Assembly (NCBI GenBank): GCA_035249405.1
Contig: DATFGN010000037.1
Location: 1 to 41,231, forward strand
Direction of reading: 5' to 3'
From: Gemmatimonadales bacterium
GTDB lineage: Bacteria > Gemmatimonadota > Gemmatimonadetes > Gemmatimonadales > GWC2-71-9
DNA: 41,231 bases
In this document: positions 1-8,753 of the stretch, in pieces
Layout of the letters: the number at the start of each line of letters is the position of its first letter
How positions within the stretch are numbered: position 1 is the first letter of the stretch
The notes under the pieces: model-generated
Seen by the model: only the letters and a program-made list of their open reading frames with translations
The model's database searches: none
What the model was told of the DNA's origin: nothing
Made by a program: the position numbers and the translations under genes

Positions 1-121
1 CGAGTCCACGGGCTCGTTGTGGTGTTCATGCATCAAGAGGCGACACTAGCTAATCTCTTCTTTATGGGACAAAATGGTCCTGCCATCTGCATAGCCAAGC
101 AAGACAATGAAGGAGCGGGCA

Positions 122-925
122 ATGTCTTTTCGGCGAACTTCCGTCATCGGGAGCTGGCTGGTACTCACTGCGTCACGGGTTCTAGCGCAGGCACCGGCCG
201 CCAGGCCCCCCTGTGATTCCAATCTCCTGCAGCTCGCGGCCCCCGTGAACGGCTATCAACCACGCGGGGATCGATGTGAAGGCGTGTACGCCCGCCAGGT
301 CGCCGGCACCACGCTGTTCCTCTCCTCCTTTACCGAAACCTTCGAGAAGTACGACCTCACCGCCGACGATCCCCTCATCATCCGCTGGGCTGCTCGAGAA
401 GACTCTGGGATCCAGCTCCGCGCCGAGACGATCAAGGCCGGTCGTTACTACCGCATGGATACGCGCGCCGCGCCCCGCGACTCGCTGTACCGCTGGCCCA
501 ACCGCATCCTGAGCTCGGAACGACTCGCCCGCAGCGACCTGGGCGTGCTCGGCTGGACCCGAATCACGCTCGGCGGACGGCGCCGTATCGCCTATGTCCC
601 GCTCGCGGTCACCCAAAAGACCGCACCCACCGCCTGCGGTCCGCTGCAAGTGGCGTTGTCGACGGAAACCCGGCTCACCGAAGTGCTGGTGAGCCTGTCC
701 CAGATCGACACGACCGGTGTCGAGACCCGCGTAATAAAGAAGGACGAGGCGCTGGGCCGCGGCTTCTATCCCGCCGGCAGCCCGATCCTCATCTCCCTGA
801 AGCGTGCCGACCTTGCCGCTCCGGGACTGTACTCACTGAAAGTCTCCGCCACCTTGAGCCCCCGCGGGAACTTCGCCCGCGAGTATCTGCTGCTGATCCC
901 AACGACGACACCATGCCCGAAGTAA
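122..925 (+). CDS. hypothetical secreted protein (no family recognised)
   Basis: Lies in ORF 107..925. The second ATG at 122 has AAGGAG (110-115) 6 nt upstream. The N-terminus MSFRRTSVIGSWLVLTASRVLAQA looks like a Sec signal peptide. The 3' end overlaps the kinase gene by 13 nt. Confidence 0.6.
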   Translation: MSFRRTSVIGSWLVLTASRVLAQAPAARPPCDSNLLQLAAPVNGYQPRGDRCEGVYARQVAGTTLFLSSFTETFEKYDLTADDPLIIRWAAREDSGIQLRAETIKAGRYYRMDTRAAPRDSLYRWPNRILSSERLARSDLGVLGWTRITLGGRRRIAYVPLAVTQKTAPTACGPLQVALSTETRLTEVLVSLSQIDTTGVETRVIKKDEALGRGFYPAGSPILISLKRADLAAPGLYSLKVSATLSPRGNFAREYLLLIPTTTPCPK

Positions 926-2868
926 GTCGGGCTTGTCCGTCATGTAAGCGCGACATCCCGGCGGACTCGGTCCATTGCCCGCATTGCGGCGCCGACCTGC
1001 CCACGTCGCTCATCGTCGAGTCGAAACCCACGGTGACGGCCGCGAAGGACGCGCTCCGCGACCGGTTACAGGCCGCGCTCGGAGCGGGTTTCGAGCTCGG
1101 GCCCAAGCTCGGCGAGGGAGGATTCGGCGTGGTGTACCGCGCCCGCGACGTACGCTTGCGCCGCGATGTCGCCGTCAAGCTGCTGCGCCGTGAGCTGGTG
1201 TCGAGCGAAGGGTTCGTGGAGCGGTTCGAGCGCGAAGCCCAGGCCCTCGCGGCCCTGCGCCACGCCAACATCGTTCCGGTCTATTCGATCGGCGAGCAGG
1301 ACGAGCTGATTTTCCTCGTCATGCCGTTCGTCGCCGGGAAAACACTCACCGAATACCTCCGCGAGCACAGCGGCCGTCTCCCCCTGGACGAGGTGGCCGC
1401 CATCCTCCGGGCCGTCGGCGGCGCGCTTGCGGCCGCGCACGAAGTCGGGCTCGTCCATCGCGATATCAAACCCGACAACATCATGCTCGAGGGGCCGAAT
1501 CGGCACCCGCTGCTCATGGATTTCGGTATCGCCAAATCCGGGCAGACACCCGGCGGTGTGGGCCTCACCGCTACCGGCATGGTGATGGGGACGCCGCTCT
1601 ACATGAGCCCGGAGCAGGCCACCGCGGATCCGTCCATCGATTCGCGCTCCGACATCTACTCCCTCGGCATCCTCGCCTATCAGATGTTCACGGGACAGGT
1701 CCCGTTCAACGGCGATTCGATCTTCGCGGTGCTGAATCAACATTTGACGACACCGGTTCCCGAGGTCCGCAGCCTGCGACCGGAAGTCCCGGCGAAGGTC
1801 TCGGACGCGCTGCGTCGCGCCATGGCGAAGAAACCCGCCGAGCGGTTTCAGCGCGTCGAAGAATTCATCGCCGCACTCGAAGGGCGGGGCGACGCCGCGC
1901 TGCCCCGGCGGGTGTCCATGCCGGGAATGCGGACAGTCGTGGCCGCTATGCTCGGTGTCTTTCTCCTGGCAGTGGCCGCGGTGGTGTTGTGGAAAGGCTC
2001 GGCGCCCGTCGCCAGCGCGCCGGTTCGTGCCGAGCTGCGTGCGCAAGGCGTGTGGCTCCGATTGGGGACAGCCACAGCGCCGTGGGATCGGGCACTGAGT
2101 CTCGCAACGCTTGGGATCTCGGGGCTCGACGAAGTCTCGCTTCCCGCTCACGACAAGACCCCGGCGCGCACGGTTGCCACGCCGACGCTGTACCTGAAGG
2201 CGATTCGACCGGAAAGCGGCGGCATCAGCATCGACCCGATTCAGCTCCCCGCCCGCAGCCTGATCGCGCTGAAGCCCACCGGGGCGCCCGGTGTGGTACA
2301 ACTGACCATCGGCGACTCGCTGCCGTCCATCCCGGTTTCGGTGAGCGGCAGCATCGCCGTCAGCGTGCAGGACCAATCCACCGACACGATTCCGTTCTCG
2401 ATCGCCCAGATCCAGCTCGCCGCGCCTCGCGGACCGCTCGATTTCGAGCTCGGCTTCGTGGCAACGTCGGCTGCGCATCCCCTGGTGTCGCTCGACATCG
2501 TCGGCGTGAGCTTCGAGGACATCAATCGCTATCGCGACGAGGAACAAGTCGCGGATCAGCGCGTCTCGACCATCGACAGCGGCAGCTTCGCCCTCGCCGG
2601 CGGGACTCCTCAGATACTAAAGAAAGGGGAGGAGCTGCGCCTTCCCGGCTTCAAAGGCTCGGTTCGTGACGTCACGGTCGATTCCCAGTCCGTGGCCCTC
2701 ACCCTCGAGGGCACCGTCGATTCTCTTCCTGCGTCGCTCGGCAAAGTCCCGACCGTTCTTCAGGTCTTCTGGTCGAAACACCCTCTCGCCTCGTCCGGTA
2801 CCGGGCTCGCCTGGTTGGCGCTGCTCGTGCTGGTCGGACTCTATTGGAAGAAAGGCACACAGCGATGA
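913..2868 (+). CDS. Hanks-type Ser/Thr protein kinase with N-terminal zinc ribbon, two TM helices and a ~280-aa extracytoplasmic domain
   Basis: CPSCKRD...HCPHCGAD is a CxxC-x(n)-CxxC zinc ribbon. Kinase motifs are GEGGFGVVY, VAVKLL, HRDIKPDN, DFG and MSPEQ. TM helices are VVAAMLGVFLLAVAAVVLW and, at the C-terminus, LAWLALLVLVGLYW. Confidence 0.9.
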   Translation: MPEVSRACPSCKRDIPADSVHCPHCGADLPTSLIVESKPTVTAAKDALRDRLQAALGAGFELGPKLGEGGFGVVYRARDVRLRRDVAVKLLRRELVSSEGFVERFEREAQALAALRHANIVPVYSIGEQDELIFLVMPFVAGKTLTEYLREHSGRLPLDEVAAILRAVGGALAAAHEVGLVHRDIKPDNIMLEGPNRHPLLMDFGIAKSGQTPGGVGLTATGMVMGTPLYMSPEQATADPSIDSRSDIYSLGILAYQMFTGQVPFNGDSIFAVLNQHLTTPVPEVRSLRPEVPAKVSDALRRAMAKKPAERFQRVEEFIAALEGRGDAALPRRVSMPGMRTVVAAMLGVFLLAVAAVVLWKGSAPVASAPVRAELRAQGVWLRLGTATAPWDRALSLATLGISGLDEVSLPAHDKTPARTVATPTLYLKAIRPESGGISIDPIQLPARSLIALKPTGAPGVVQLTIGDSLPSIPVSVSGSIAVSVQDQSTDTIPFSIAQIQLAAPRGPLDFELGFVATSAAHPLVSLDIVGVSFEDINRYRDEEQVADQRVSTIDSGSFALAGGTPQILKKGEELRLPGFKGSVRDVTVDSQSVALTLEGTVDSLPASLGKVPTVLQVFWSKHPLASSGTGLAWLALLVLVGLYWKKGTQR

Positions 2869-4031
2869 GAGCCGTTGTTGGTGCAACGATCCTCGCCATC
2901 ACCGCAGGTCCCCTCGTCGCGCAACGCCCATCGCGCATGCCGGTGGAAGCGAAAAACCTGGTGGTGCAAGTGCTGGCCACCGGTGGCGATGAAGAAGAGG
3001 TCGGGGCCGGGATCGTGGTCGCGGCGTCCGATCGCATCGTCATCGCTACCGCGGCCCACGTGGTCCGGACCGCCCAGCAGGGGGCCAAAGTCAGGGTCGT
3101 CTTCCAGTTCGCTCGCAACGACACAGTCGAAGCGCGCGTCGATCAGACGGACCGCGAGCTCGATTTGGCGGTGTTGAGTGTGCCGCGAGCCGGCGCCGCC
3201 ACGCAGTTCGCCTTCGACCGGCGCGGCGATCCCGGCGCGCTCGAGATCGGTGCGCTCGTCGTGCCGGTCGGCTGCCCCGAACGCGTCTGCTGGGAACCGC
3301 CGATCAGCGGCGACCGCGTGATCAGCGCCAGCGCGCGTCGCGTGCGCTTCGAGTCGTTCTTCGTGAGCCCGGGCAGCTCGGGGGGCGCGCTGTTCAACGC
3401 GCAGTGGGAAGTCGTGGGCATCGTCACCGAAAAGAACAGTCAGGACGGCGTGGCCCTCGGCATGAGCGAAGTCGCCGATCGTCTGAGGAGGTGGGGCATA
3501 CCGATGCAGCTCCGCCCTACCAGCATCCCGCGCGCCGGGTACCGCACGCGCTTCAGTCTCGTTGGCCTGGCGCCAAACTCTGGCGGCTTCCGCCAACCCG
3601 GCCGCTGGCCCAGTGGACGGTTCGCGCTGCTGTTGCGTGGCCAGGAGCGGATCGGGCTGCATGTGTCCGCAATCCGTCTCGCGCCGTGGAATCTCAAGGT
3701 CATGGGCGGCATGCTGGGCTCCAGTGTCTCGCTTCGCTCCGGTCGCTTTGGCATCGCGCCGTTCGGCGAAGTGGGGGTGGGTCGTGTGGAGGGACGGTTT
3801 CAGTCCGGGAGCTATTTCGTCCAAAGCGGGTCCGGCACGGTCGAAGTCCCCATCTGGCGGACGCTGACCAACGATGTGATCGGGTTCGGCGTTGGGGCGG
3901 ATATGGAACTGCTGGTCGTGCCCCATGTCGCGATCTCAGGGATCGTCGGACACTGGAGTTTCCGCACCGATGCGCAGCTGCCGTCCGTTCCCGCTGTCTT
4001 CTTCGGGGCTGGTCTCAAGTATGCGTTCTAG
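2865..4031 (+). CDS. trypsin-like (S1 family) serine peptidase with C-terminal OMP-beta-barrel-like domain
   Basis: ATG 2865 overlaps the kinase stop (ATGA, 2865-2868); the longest ORF starts at 2844. The N-terminus MRAVVGATILAITAGPLVAQ is signal-like. Triad contexts are TAAHVV (His), LDLAVLSV (Asp) and GSSGGALFN (Ser). The last ~170 aa alternate hydrophobic and polar residues like beta strands and end GAGLKYAF with a terminal Phe. Confidence 0.75.
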   Translation: MRAVVGATILAITAGPLVAQRPSRMPVEAKNLVVQVLATGGDEEEVGAGIVVAASDRIVIATAAHVVRTAQQGAKVRVVFQFARNDTVEARVDQTDRELDLAVLSVPRAGAATQFAFDRRGDPGALEIGALVVPVGCPERVCWEPPISGDRVISASARRVRFESFFVSPGSSGGALFNAQWEVVGIVTEKNSQDGVALGMSEVADRLRRWGIPMQLRPTSIPRAGYRTRFSLVGLAPNSGGFRQPGRWPSGRFALLLRGQERIGLHVSAIRLAPWNLKVMGGMLGSSVSLRSGRFGIAPFGEVGVGRVEGRFQSGSYFVQSGSGTVEVPIWRTLTNDVIGFGVGADMELLVVPHVAISGIVGHWSFRTDAQLPSVPAVFFGAGLKYAF

Positions 4032-4178
4032 CAAGCATCTCCCAGTGACGCCTCTCGTACGGCGGCTGGAAGCCGCCGCTCGGCGCCTGCGGCGACGCGT
4101 CGAACGCAGCCTTCAGGCCGCGAACAATCGCACCGGACGTTGTTCAGGGTTTTCCTGGAGCTGAGGCACTCTCCGTTC

Positions 4179-6332
4179 ATGACTAGCCGATCGCACTTCC
4201 TAAGGTCCGCAGGGGCTCTGATTCTCGGCGCGCTCCTGACCACCTGCACGAACGAGCTCGCGCCCACCGGCGCCGTAACTCTGAGCCTCGCCAAGGCCGC
4301 GGCCTGGCCGGACACACTGGCGGTGGCGGAGATCGCCACCGTTGCTGTTTCTGCCACGGACCCCGATCAACAGATCGTTACCGCCGTCACCCTGGAGTGG
4401 GCTTCCACTGACTCCTCGGTGGTGACCGTCACGAGCGCGGCGAGCGACCTGCACGCCATCGTGACCAGCCGGCGCCCCGGCGCGGCCACGATCGTGGTGA
4501 CAGTCGCGCAGAACGGGTTCGAACCGGTCGAGCTGCGCGCGCCGGTAGTGGTCGATCCACGGGGCGCCGATTCGCTGCTCTCGGTCGGCGACGTCGACAC
4601 GATCGGCCTGTCCCTGCAGCGCATCGACCCGAGCTTCCTGATCGGCGCCACCGTCACGTGGGGCTCGAGCGATCCCGGGGTCCTCGCGGTCTCCGCCTTG
4701 GCCGCGGATTCCACCCGGGCCGTGATCACGGGGCGGTTCAGCGGCTCCGCGCAGGTCACCGCGACGATCCAGAACCAGTTGGGTCGCACGGAGTTTCAGT
4801 TGCCGGTGGTCGTGCTCGCGCTTCAGATCGTCGAGACGCCGTCGTGGTCGCCGCTGGTAGCCCTCACGGACACGGCCACGTTCGCAGTCCTGGTGCAGGA
4901 CGCGTTGGGCCGGCCCAGGCCGGGGGTCAAAGTGACGTGGCATTCCACCAACGAGACGGCGTTCTCGGTCGACTCGACGGGCTTCGTGCTGGGCAAGGCC
5001 CGAGGCGGTGGCGAGTTGGTGGCCAGCGTCGGAGCGGCGCCGTTCCAGGTCGTCGAGCATCGCGCGCCGCTGCAGATCGTCGAACGGTGGCGCACCGTGA
5101 GCGCCGGGATGGATCACACCTGTGCGATCACGGCGCTCGATGGCACGGGCTTCTGCTGGGGCAGCAATGATTTCGGCAAGCTCGGCACCGGACTCACGGA
5201 AGCCGTGTTGCCGCAATCATCCCGCCCGCGGACGGTCGCGACGGCGCACCGGTTCAACGAGCTCCAGGCCGGTAATGCCCACACCTGTGGGGAAGAAGCG
5301 CAGGTCAACCTGCTCTGCTGGGGTTCGCGGATACATGGCGCGCTGGGCGACGCCCCCTGTGGGGGTGGGTCGATTGGCTGCGGGGGGTTCGATGCGTCCG
5401 AAGTTCCGGTGACGGTCATCGCGGACGGCAATCTGGACACCGCGCAGTTGCGCATCGAGCAGCTGCTCGTCGGCGGCACCTACACCTGCATCCTGGCCCG
5501 TGCGCGGTTCGGCTTTATCAGCCGCGTCCGGCGCATGCGCTGCTGGGGAACCCACAGCGCCAATGATCCCATCGACGGCGTCACGTTCGACTCGACGGCC
5601 GCGGCGACCGTCCCGCTCGCCCCAGGCCCGTTCGCGGGCCAAACCGACGACTTCGTCGAAGCCACGGCCGGTGGCGAGCATGTCTGCGCCGTGCCGTCGG
5701 TTCTCTATCTCAGCTTCCGCGTCATCTGCATGGGGATGAATTTCGGAGGAGCGCTGGGCTACGGGCCGCTGGAGTCTTCGTCCTACAATCCGGTTTACAG
5801 TCACCCCGATGGCTTCAAGACGCCGGTCGGCTATGCGGACACCTCTGGGGACGCGATTGGTGAAGGGATTCCGCTGTCAGGGATCGCCGCGGGAGGTGGT
5901 CACACGTGCGCGTTCGACGCCCTGGGTGTGCTGTGTTGGGGGTCGAATGCCAGCGGACAATTGGGACAGCCGGCCTTCGGGTTCAACGGTCATGGATACC
6001 CGCTCCGGGCGTCGGTCGCGGTGACGCTGGTGTCGCTCGTCGCCGGCGGCGAGCACACCTGCGGTCTCACGGCGGCGGGAGCCGCCTATTGCTGGGGGTC
6101 GAATTCGAACGGCCAGCTCGGCAACGGCAGCATCGGGGGAACGAATTCCGTCGCGGCGCCGGTGGGCGGTGGCCTCACCTTTGTCGCCTTGAGTGCCGGG
6201 GGCTCGCACACCTGCGGCGTGACGCCCGGTGGCGCGATCTATTGCTGGGGTGCGAACGCGTCCGGACAGCTCGGTGACGGTACGCTGATCGACCGCTCGG
6301 TCCCCACTCGGGTCGCGGAGTCGCCGCAGTGA
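4179..6332 (+). CDS. Big_2 (bacterial Ig-like) + RCC1-repeat beta-propeller lipoprotein, paralog 1
   Basis: Start taken at ATG 4179; the longest ORF begins at TTG 4140. The N-terminus ALILGALLTTC is lipobox-like. Big_2-like segments include VTLEWASTDSSVVTVTS..GAATIVVTV and VTWGSSDPGVLAV. The C-terminal half has repeated HTCA/HTCG ... CWGSNxxGQLG RCC1 units. Confidence 0.85.
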   Translation: MTSRSHFLRSAGALILGALLTTCTNELAPTGAVTLSLAKAAAWPDTLAVAEIATVAVSATDPDQQIVTAVTLEWASTDSSVVTVTSAASDLHAIVTSRRPGAATIVVTVAQNGFEPVELRAPVVVDPRGADSLLSVGDVDTIGLSLQRIDPSFLIGATVTWGSSDPGVLAVSALAADSTRAVITGRFSGSAQVTATIQNQLGRTEFQLPVVVLALQIVETPSWSPLVALTDTATFAVLVQDALGRPRPGVKVTWHSTNETAFSVDSTGFVLGKARGGGELVASVGAAPFQVVEHRAPLQIVERWRTVSAGMDHTCAITALDGTGFCWGSNDFGKLGTGLTEAVLPQSSRPRTVATAHRFNELQAGNAHTCGEEAQVNLLCWGSRIHGALGDAPCGGGSIGCGGFDASEVPVTVIADGNLDTAQLRIEQLLVGGTYTCILARARFGFISRVRRMRCWGTHSANDPIDGVTFDSTAAATVPLAPGPFAGQTDDFVEATAGGEHVCAVPSVLYLSFRVICMGMNFGGALGYGPLESSSYNPVYSHPDGFKTPVGYADTSGDAIGEGIPLSGIAAGGGHTCAFDALGVLCWGSNASGQLGQPAFGFNGHGYPLRASVAVTLVSLVAGGEHTCGLTAAGAAYCWGSNSNGQLGNGSIGGTNSVAAPVGGGLTFVALSAGGSHTCGVTPGGAIYCWGANASGQLGDGTLIDRSVPTRVAESPQ

Positions 6333-8413
6333 GGCCGGCGGCAACCCTGCTGCTTTGCGCGGTCCTCACCACGTGCACCAACGAGCTCGCGCCCACCGGT
6401 GCCGTGACCCTGAGCCTCGCCAAGGCGGCGGTCTGGCCGGACACGCTGGCCGTGGCCGAGATCGCCAGCGTTGCCATTTCGGCTACGGATCCTGATCAAC
6501 AGGTCGTCGCTGCCGTCACCCTGGAGTGGGGTTCTACGGACTCCACGGTCGTCACCGTGACCAATGCGGCCACACCCCTCAATGCCATCGTGACGAGCCG
6601 GCGTCCCGGATCCGCCACCATCATCGTCAAAGTCGCCCAGTCGGGCTTCGAGCCGGTCGAGTTGCGATCCAACGTCGTCGTCCGAGCGCGCGGCGCCGAT
6701 TCGCTGCTCACGGTGACCGACACCGTCACGGTCGGCATCACCCACGGCCCGGGTCTCCTGGACGGGGCCACCGTGACCTGGGGTTCGAGCGATCCCGCTG
6801 TCGTCAATGTCTCCACGGTCCCGGGCGATTCGACTCAGGCGGTGCTCATCGCACGCAGCAGTGGCAGCGCGCAGGTGACCGCCTCGGTGCAAAGCTCGCT
6901 CGGCCATTCGGAATTTCAGCTGCCCGTAGTTGTCCGCCCGCTGGAGCTCGTCGAGAATCCATCGGGGTCATGGCCGGCGTCGATCAATCTGAGCAACAGC
7001 GCCACGGTCGCCGTGCAGGTGCTCGACGCTCGAGGCCAAATCAAGACCGGGCGGCGGGTGACGTGGCGCTCCACCAACGAGGCGGCCTTCTCCGTCGATT
7101 CGACGGGCATCGTGCTGGCCAAGACCAAGGGCGGGGGCGAGCTCGTGGCCAGTGTCGGGGCGCCGCCATTCGAGGTGGCTGAGCACCGCGCGAATCTTCA
7201 AGTGAAGGAGAAATGGCGAGCCGTGAGCACCGGTGGCGTCCATACGTGTGCCATCGCGGCGCTGGACGGCTCGGGCTATTGCTGGGGCTCGAACCTGCAG
7301 GGCCAGCTGGGGGTTGGTTTCGACAATCTCACGCTGCCCCAAACACAAGAGCCGCGCCGGATCGCCACGTCGCACCGGTTCACCGAGATCGGCGCCGGAG
7401 CGGAGCACAGCTGCGGGCGGGAGAACTTCCAGACGCTGCTCTGCTGGGGTTCGCGCAGTCGTGGCGCGCTGGGCGACGGCGCGTGCATCGGTGGCTTTGG
7501 CACCAACTGTTTCACGGCGGCCGAGTCTCCCGTGGAAATCGTGAGCGGCGGGAACCTGGGCGGTGCGCAGCTGCATCTGGATCAGCTCGTCGTGGGCGGC
7601 ACGTTCACCTGCATCGTGACTACCACCGGCGGCTCGGGGAGTTTTGCGAGCCGCGATGTGCGGTGTTGGGGAACGGCAGACGAGAATGGCAGGGGTATCG
7701 CCCTTGCTGATTCAGCCGCCGTGGCTCCGGTGTTGCAGCCGGGCCTCTCGGGCAACGCGCAAATCACTGAGGTCACGGCTGGCGGCGCGCATCTCTGCAC
7801 CAAGACCGACGATATCTGGTGGGTTCGGTGCCAGGGCATCAACGACCACGCGCAGCTGGGCGACGGGACCGTCGGCAATGAGCCTGGCCCTCCTTGGCTC
7901 CCGAAAGACTTCACCATTGTCGGTGGTGATCCGGCGTTTCCAGGCGGGGATGGTTATCCCGCGTCGACGGTCACGGCTGGAGGCAGTCACACCTGCGCAC
8001 TCGACGCGATCGGAGTGCTGTGCTGGGGCTCGAATGCGAGCGGCCAGCTGGGGTCGGCCGTAGCGGGCGATGCGGTCTATCCGACGCGAGCGACACTCGG
8101 TGTCGCCGTCGTCGCGCTGACCGCCGGCGCTGACCACACGTGCGGCCTCACCGCGTCCGGAGAGGCCTGGTGCTGGGGCTCGAACTCCAATGGCCAGCTT
8201 GGCCGGGGCACCATCGGCGGCAGCAGCTCGGCGGCGGCGCTGGTAACAGGTGGGCTCACCTTTGTCTCAATCAGCGCCAATGGCGCGCACACGTGCGGCG
8301 TCACCACCGACGGATCGATCTATTGCTGGGGAGCGAACCTGTTCGGTCAGCTCGGTGACGGCACGACGAGCGACCGGGGGGCACCGGCTCGGGTGGTGGA
8401 GTCGCCGCAGTAG
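6329..8413 (+). CDS. Big_2 + RCC1-repeat lipoprotein, paralog 2
   Basis: GTG 6329 overlaps the stop of paralog 1 (GTGA). N-terminus is LLLCAVLTTCTNELAPTGAVTLSLAKAA. The protein is collinear with paralog 1 from the lipobox to the shared C-terminus ...RV(A/V)ESPQ. Confidence 0.85.
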   Translation: MRPAATLLLCAVLTTCTNELAPTGAVTLSLAKAAVWPDTLAVAEIASVAISATDPDQQVVAAVTLEWGSTDSTVVTVTNAATPLNAIVTSRRPGSATIIVKVAQSGFEPVELRSNVVVRARGADSLLTVTDTVTVGITHGPGLLDGATVTWGSSDPAVVNVSTVPGDSTQAVLIARSSGSAQVTASVQSSLGHSEFQLPVVVRPLELVENPSGSWPASINLSNSATVAVQVLDARGQIKTGRRVTWRSTNEAAFSVDSTGIVLAKTKGGGELVASVGAPPFEVAEHRANLQVKEKWRAVSTGGVHTCAIAALDGSGYCWGSNLQGQLGVGFDNLTLPQTQEPRRIATSHRFTEIGAGAEHSCGRENFQTLLCWGSRSRGALGDGACIGGFGTNCFTAAESPVEIVSGGNLGGAQLHLDQLVVGGTFTCIVTTTGGSGSFASRDVRCWGTADENGRGIALADSAAVAPVLQPGLSGNAQITEVTAGGAHLCTKTDDIWWVRCQGINDHAQLGDGTVGNEPGPPWLPKDFTIVGGDPAFPGGDGYPASTVTAGGSHTCALDAIGVLCWGSNASGQLGSAVAGDAVYPTRATLGVAVVALTAGADHTCGLTASGEAWCWGSNSNGQLGRGTIGGSSSAAALVTGGLTFVSISANGAHTCGVTTDGSIYCWGANLFGQLGDGTTSDRGAPARVVESPQ

Positions 8414-8421
8414 CGGCGGGC

Positions 8422-8712
8422 TCAGGGTAAGAACCAATCCCTCGCCAGATCTCGCCATTCTGGATTCATCGAGCGAATCAAGGCGAGCTTCTTCCATCGC
8501 GACCATCTCTTGATCTGCTTCTCACGGGCGATTGCCGCCCGTACTTCGCTGAACGACTCATAGTAGACGAGTCGCGCAATGTTGTATTGTTTGGTGAACC
8601 CGTTGTGGACTTTGGAACGATGCTCATAAGTGCGTCGTTGCAAGTTGTTCGTGACCCCCGTGTAGAGCGCGCGATAGCGACTGGAAAGAATGTAGACGAA
8701 GTAGGTTTTCAC
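8422..8712 (-). CDS. GIY-YIG nuclease family protein (UPF0213-like, stand-alone)
   Basis: MKTYFVYILSSRYRALYTGVTNNLQRRTYEH carries the GIY/YIG-type motifs. The conserved R and E context (AIAREKQIKRW) follows. The 96-aa size is typical of stand-alone members. Confidence 0.9.
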   Translation of the reverse strand: MKTYFVYILSSRYRALYTGVTNNLQRRTYEHRSKVHNGFTKQYNIARLVYYESFSEVRAAIAREKQIKRWSRWKKLALIRSMNPEWRDLARDWFLP

Positions 8713-8753
8713 GAGGATCGATGCCAGAATGGGGCACGATCCTCAACTATCTT

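Noticed and set aside
1066-2547. Long antisense or alternative-frame ORFs throughout the window, for example 1066..2547(-), 2841..3926(-), 4200..5216(-), 22706..23959(-), 24822..25829(+), 32756..34192(-), 33775..35463(-) and 34977..36224(+).
   Set aside because: These are typical high-GC shadow ORFs. Their products are Arg/Ala/Gly/Pro-rich and low in complexity, with no recognisable motifs. Each overlaps a gene on the other strand or frame that has clear family signatures.
4070-4090. Short GC hairpin GGCGGC-tggaa-GCCGCC after the protease gene as a terminator.
   Set aside because: The stem is only 6 bp and there is no U-tract. It cannot be distinguished from chance structure in high-GC DNA.
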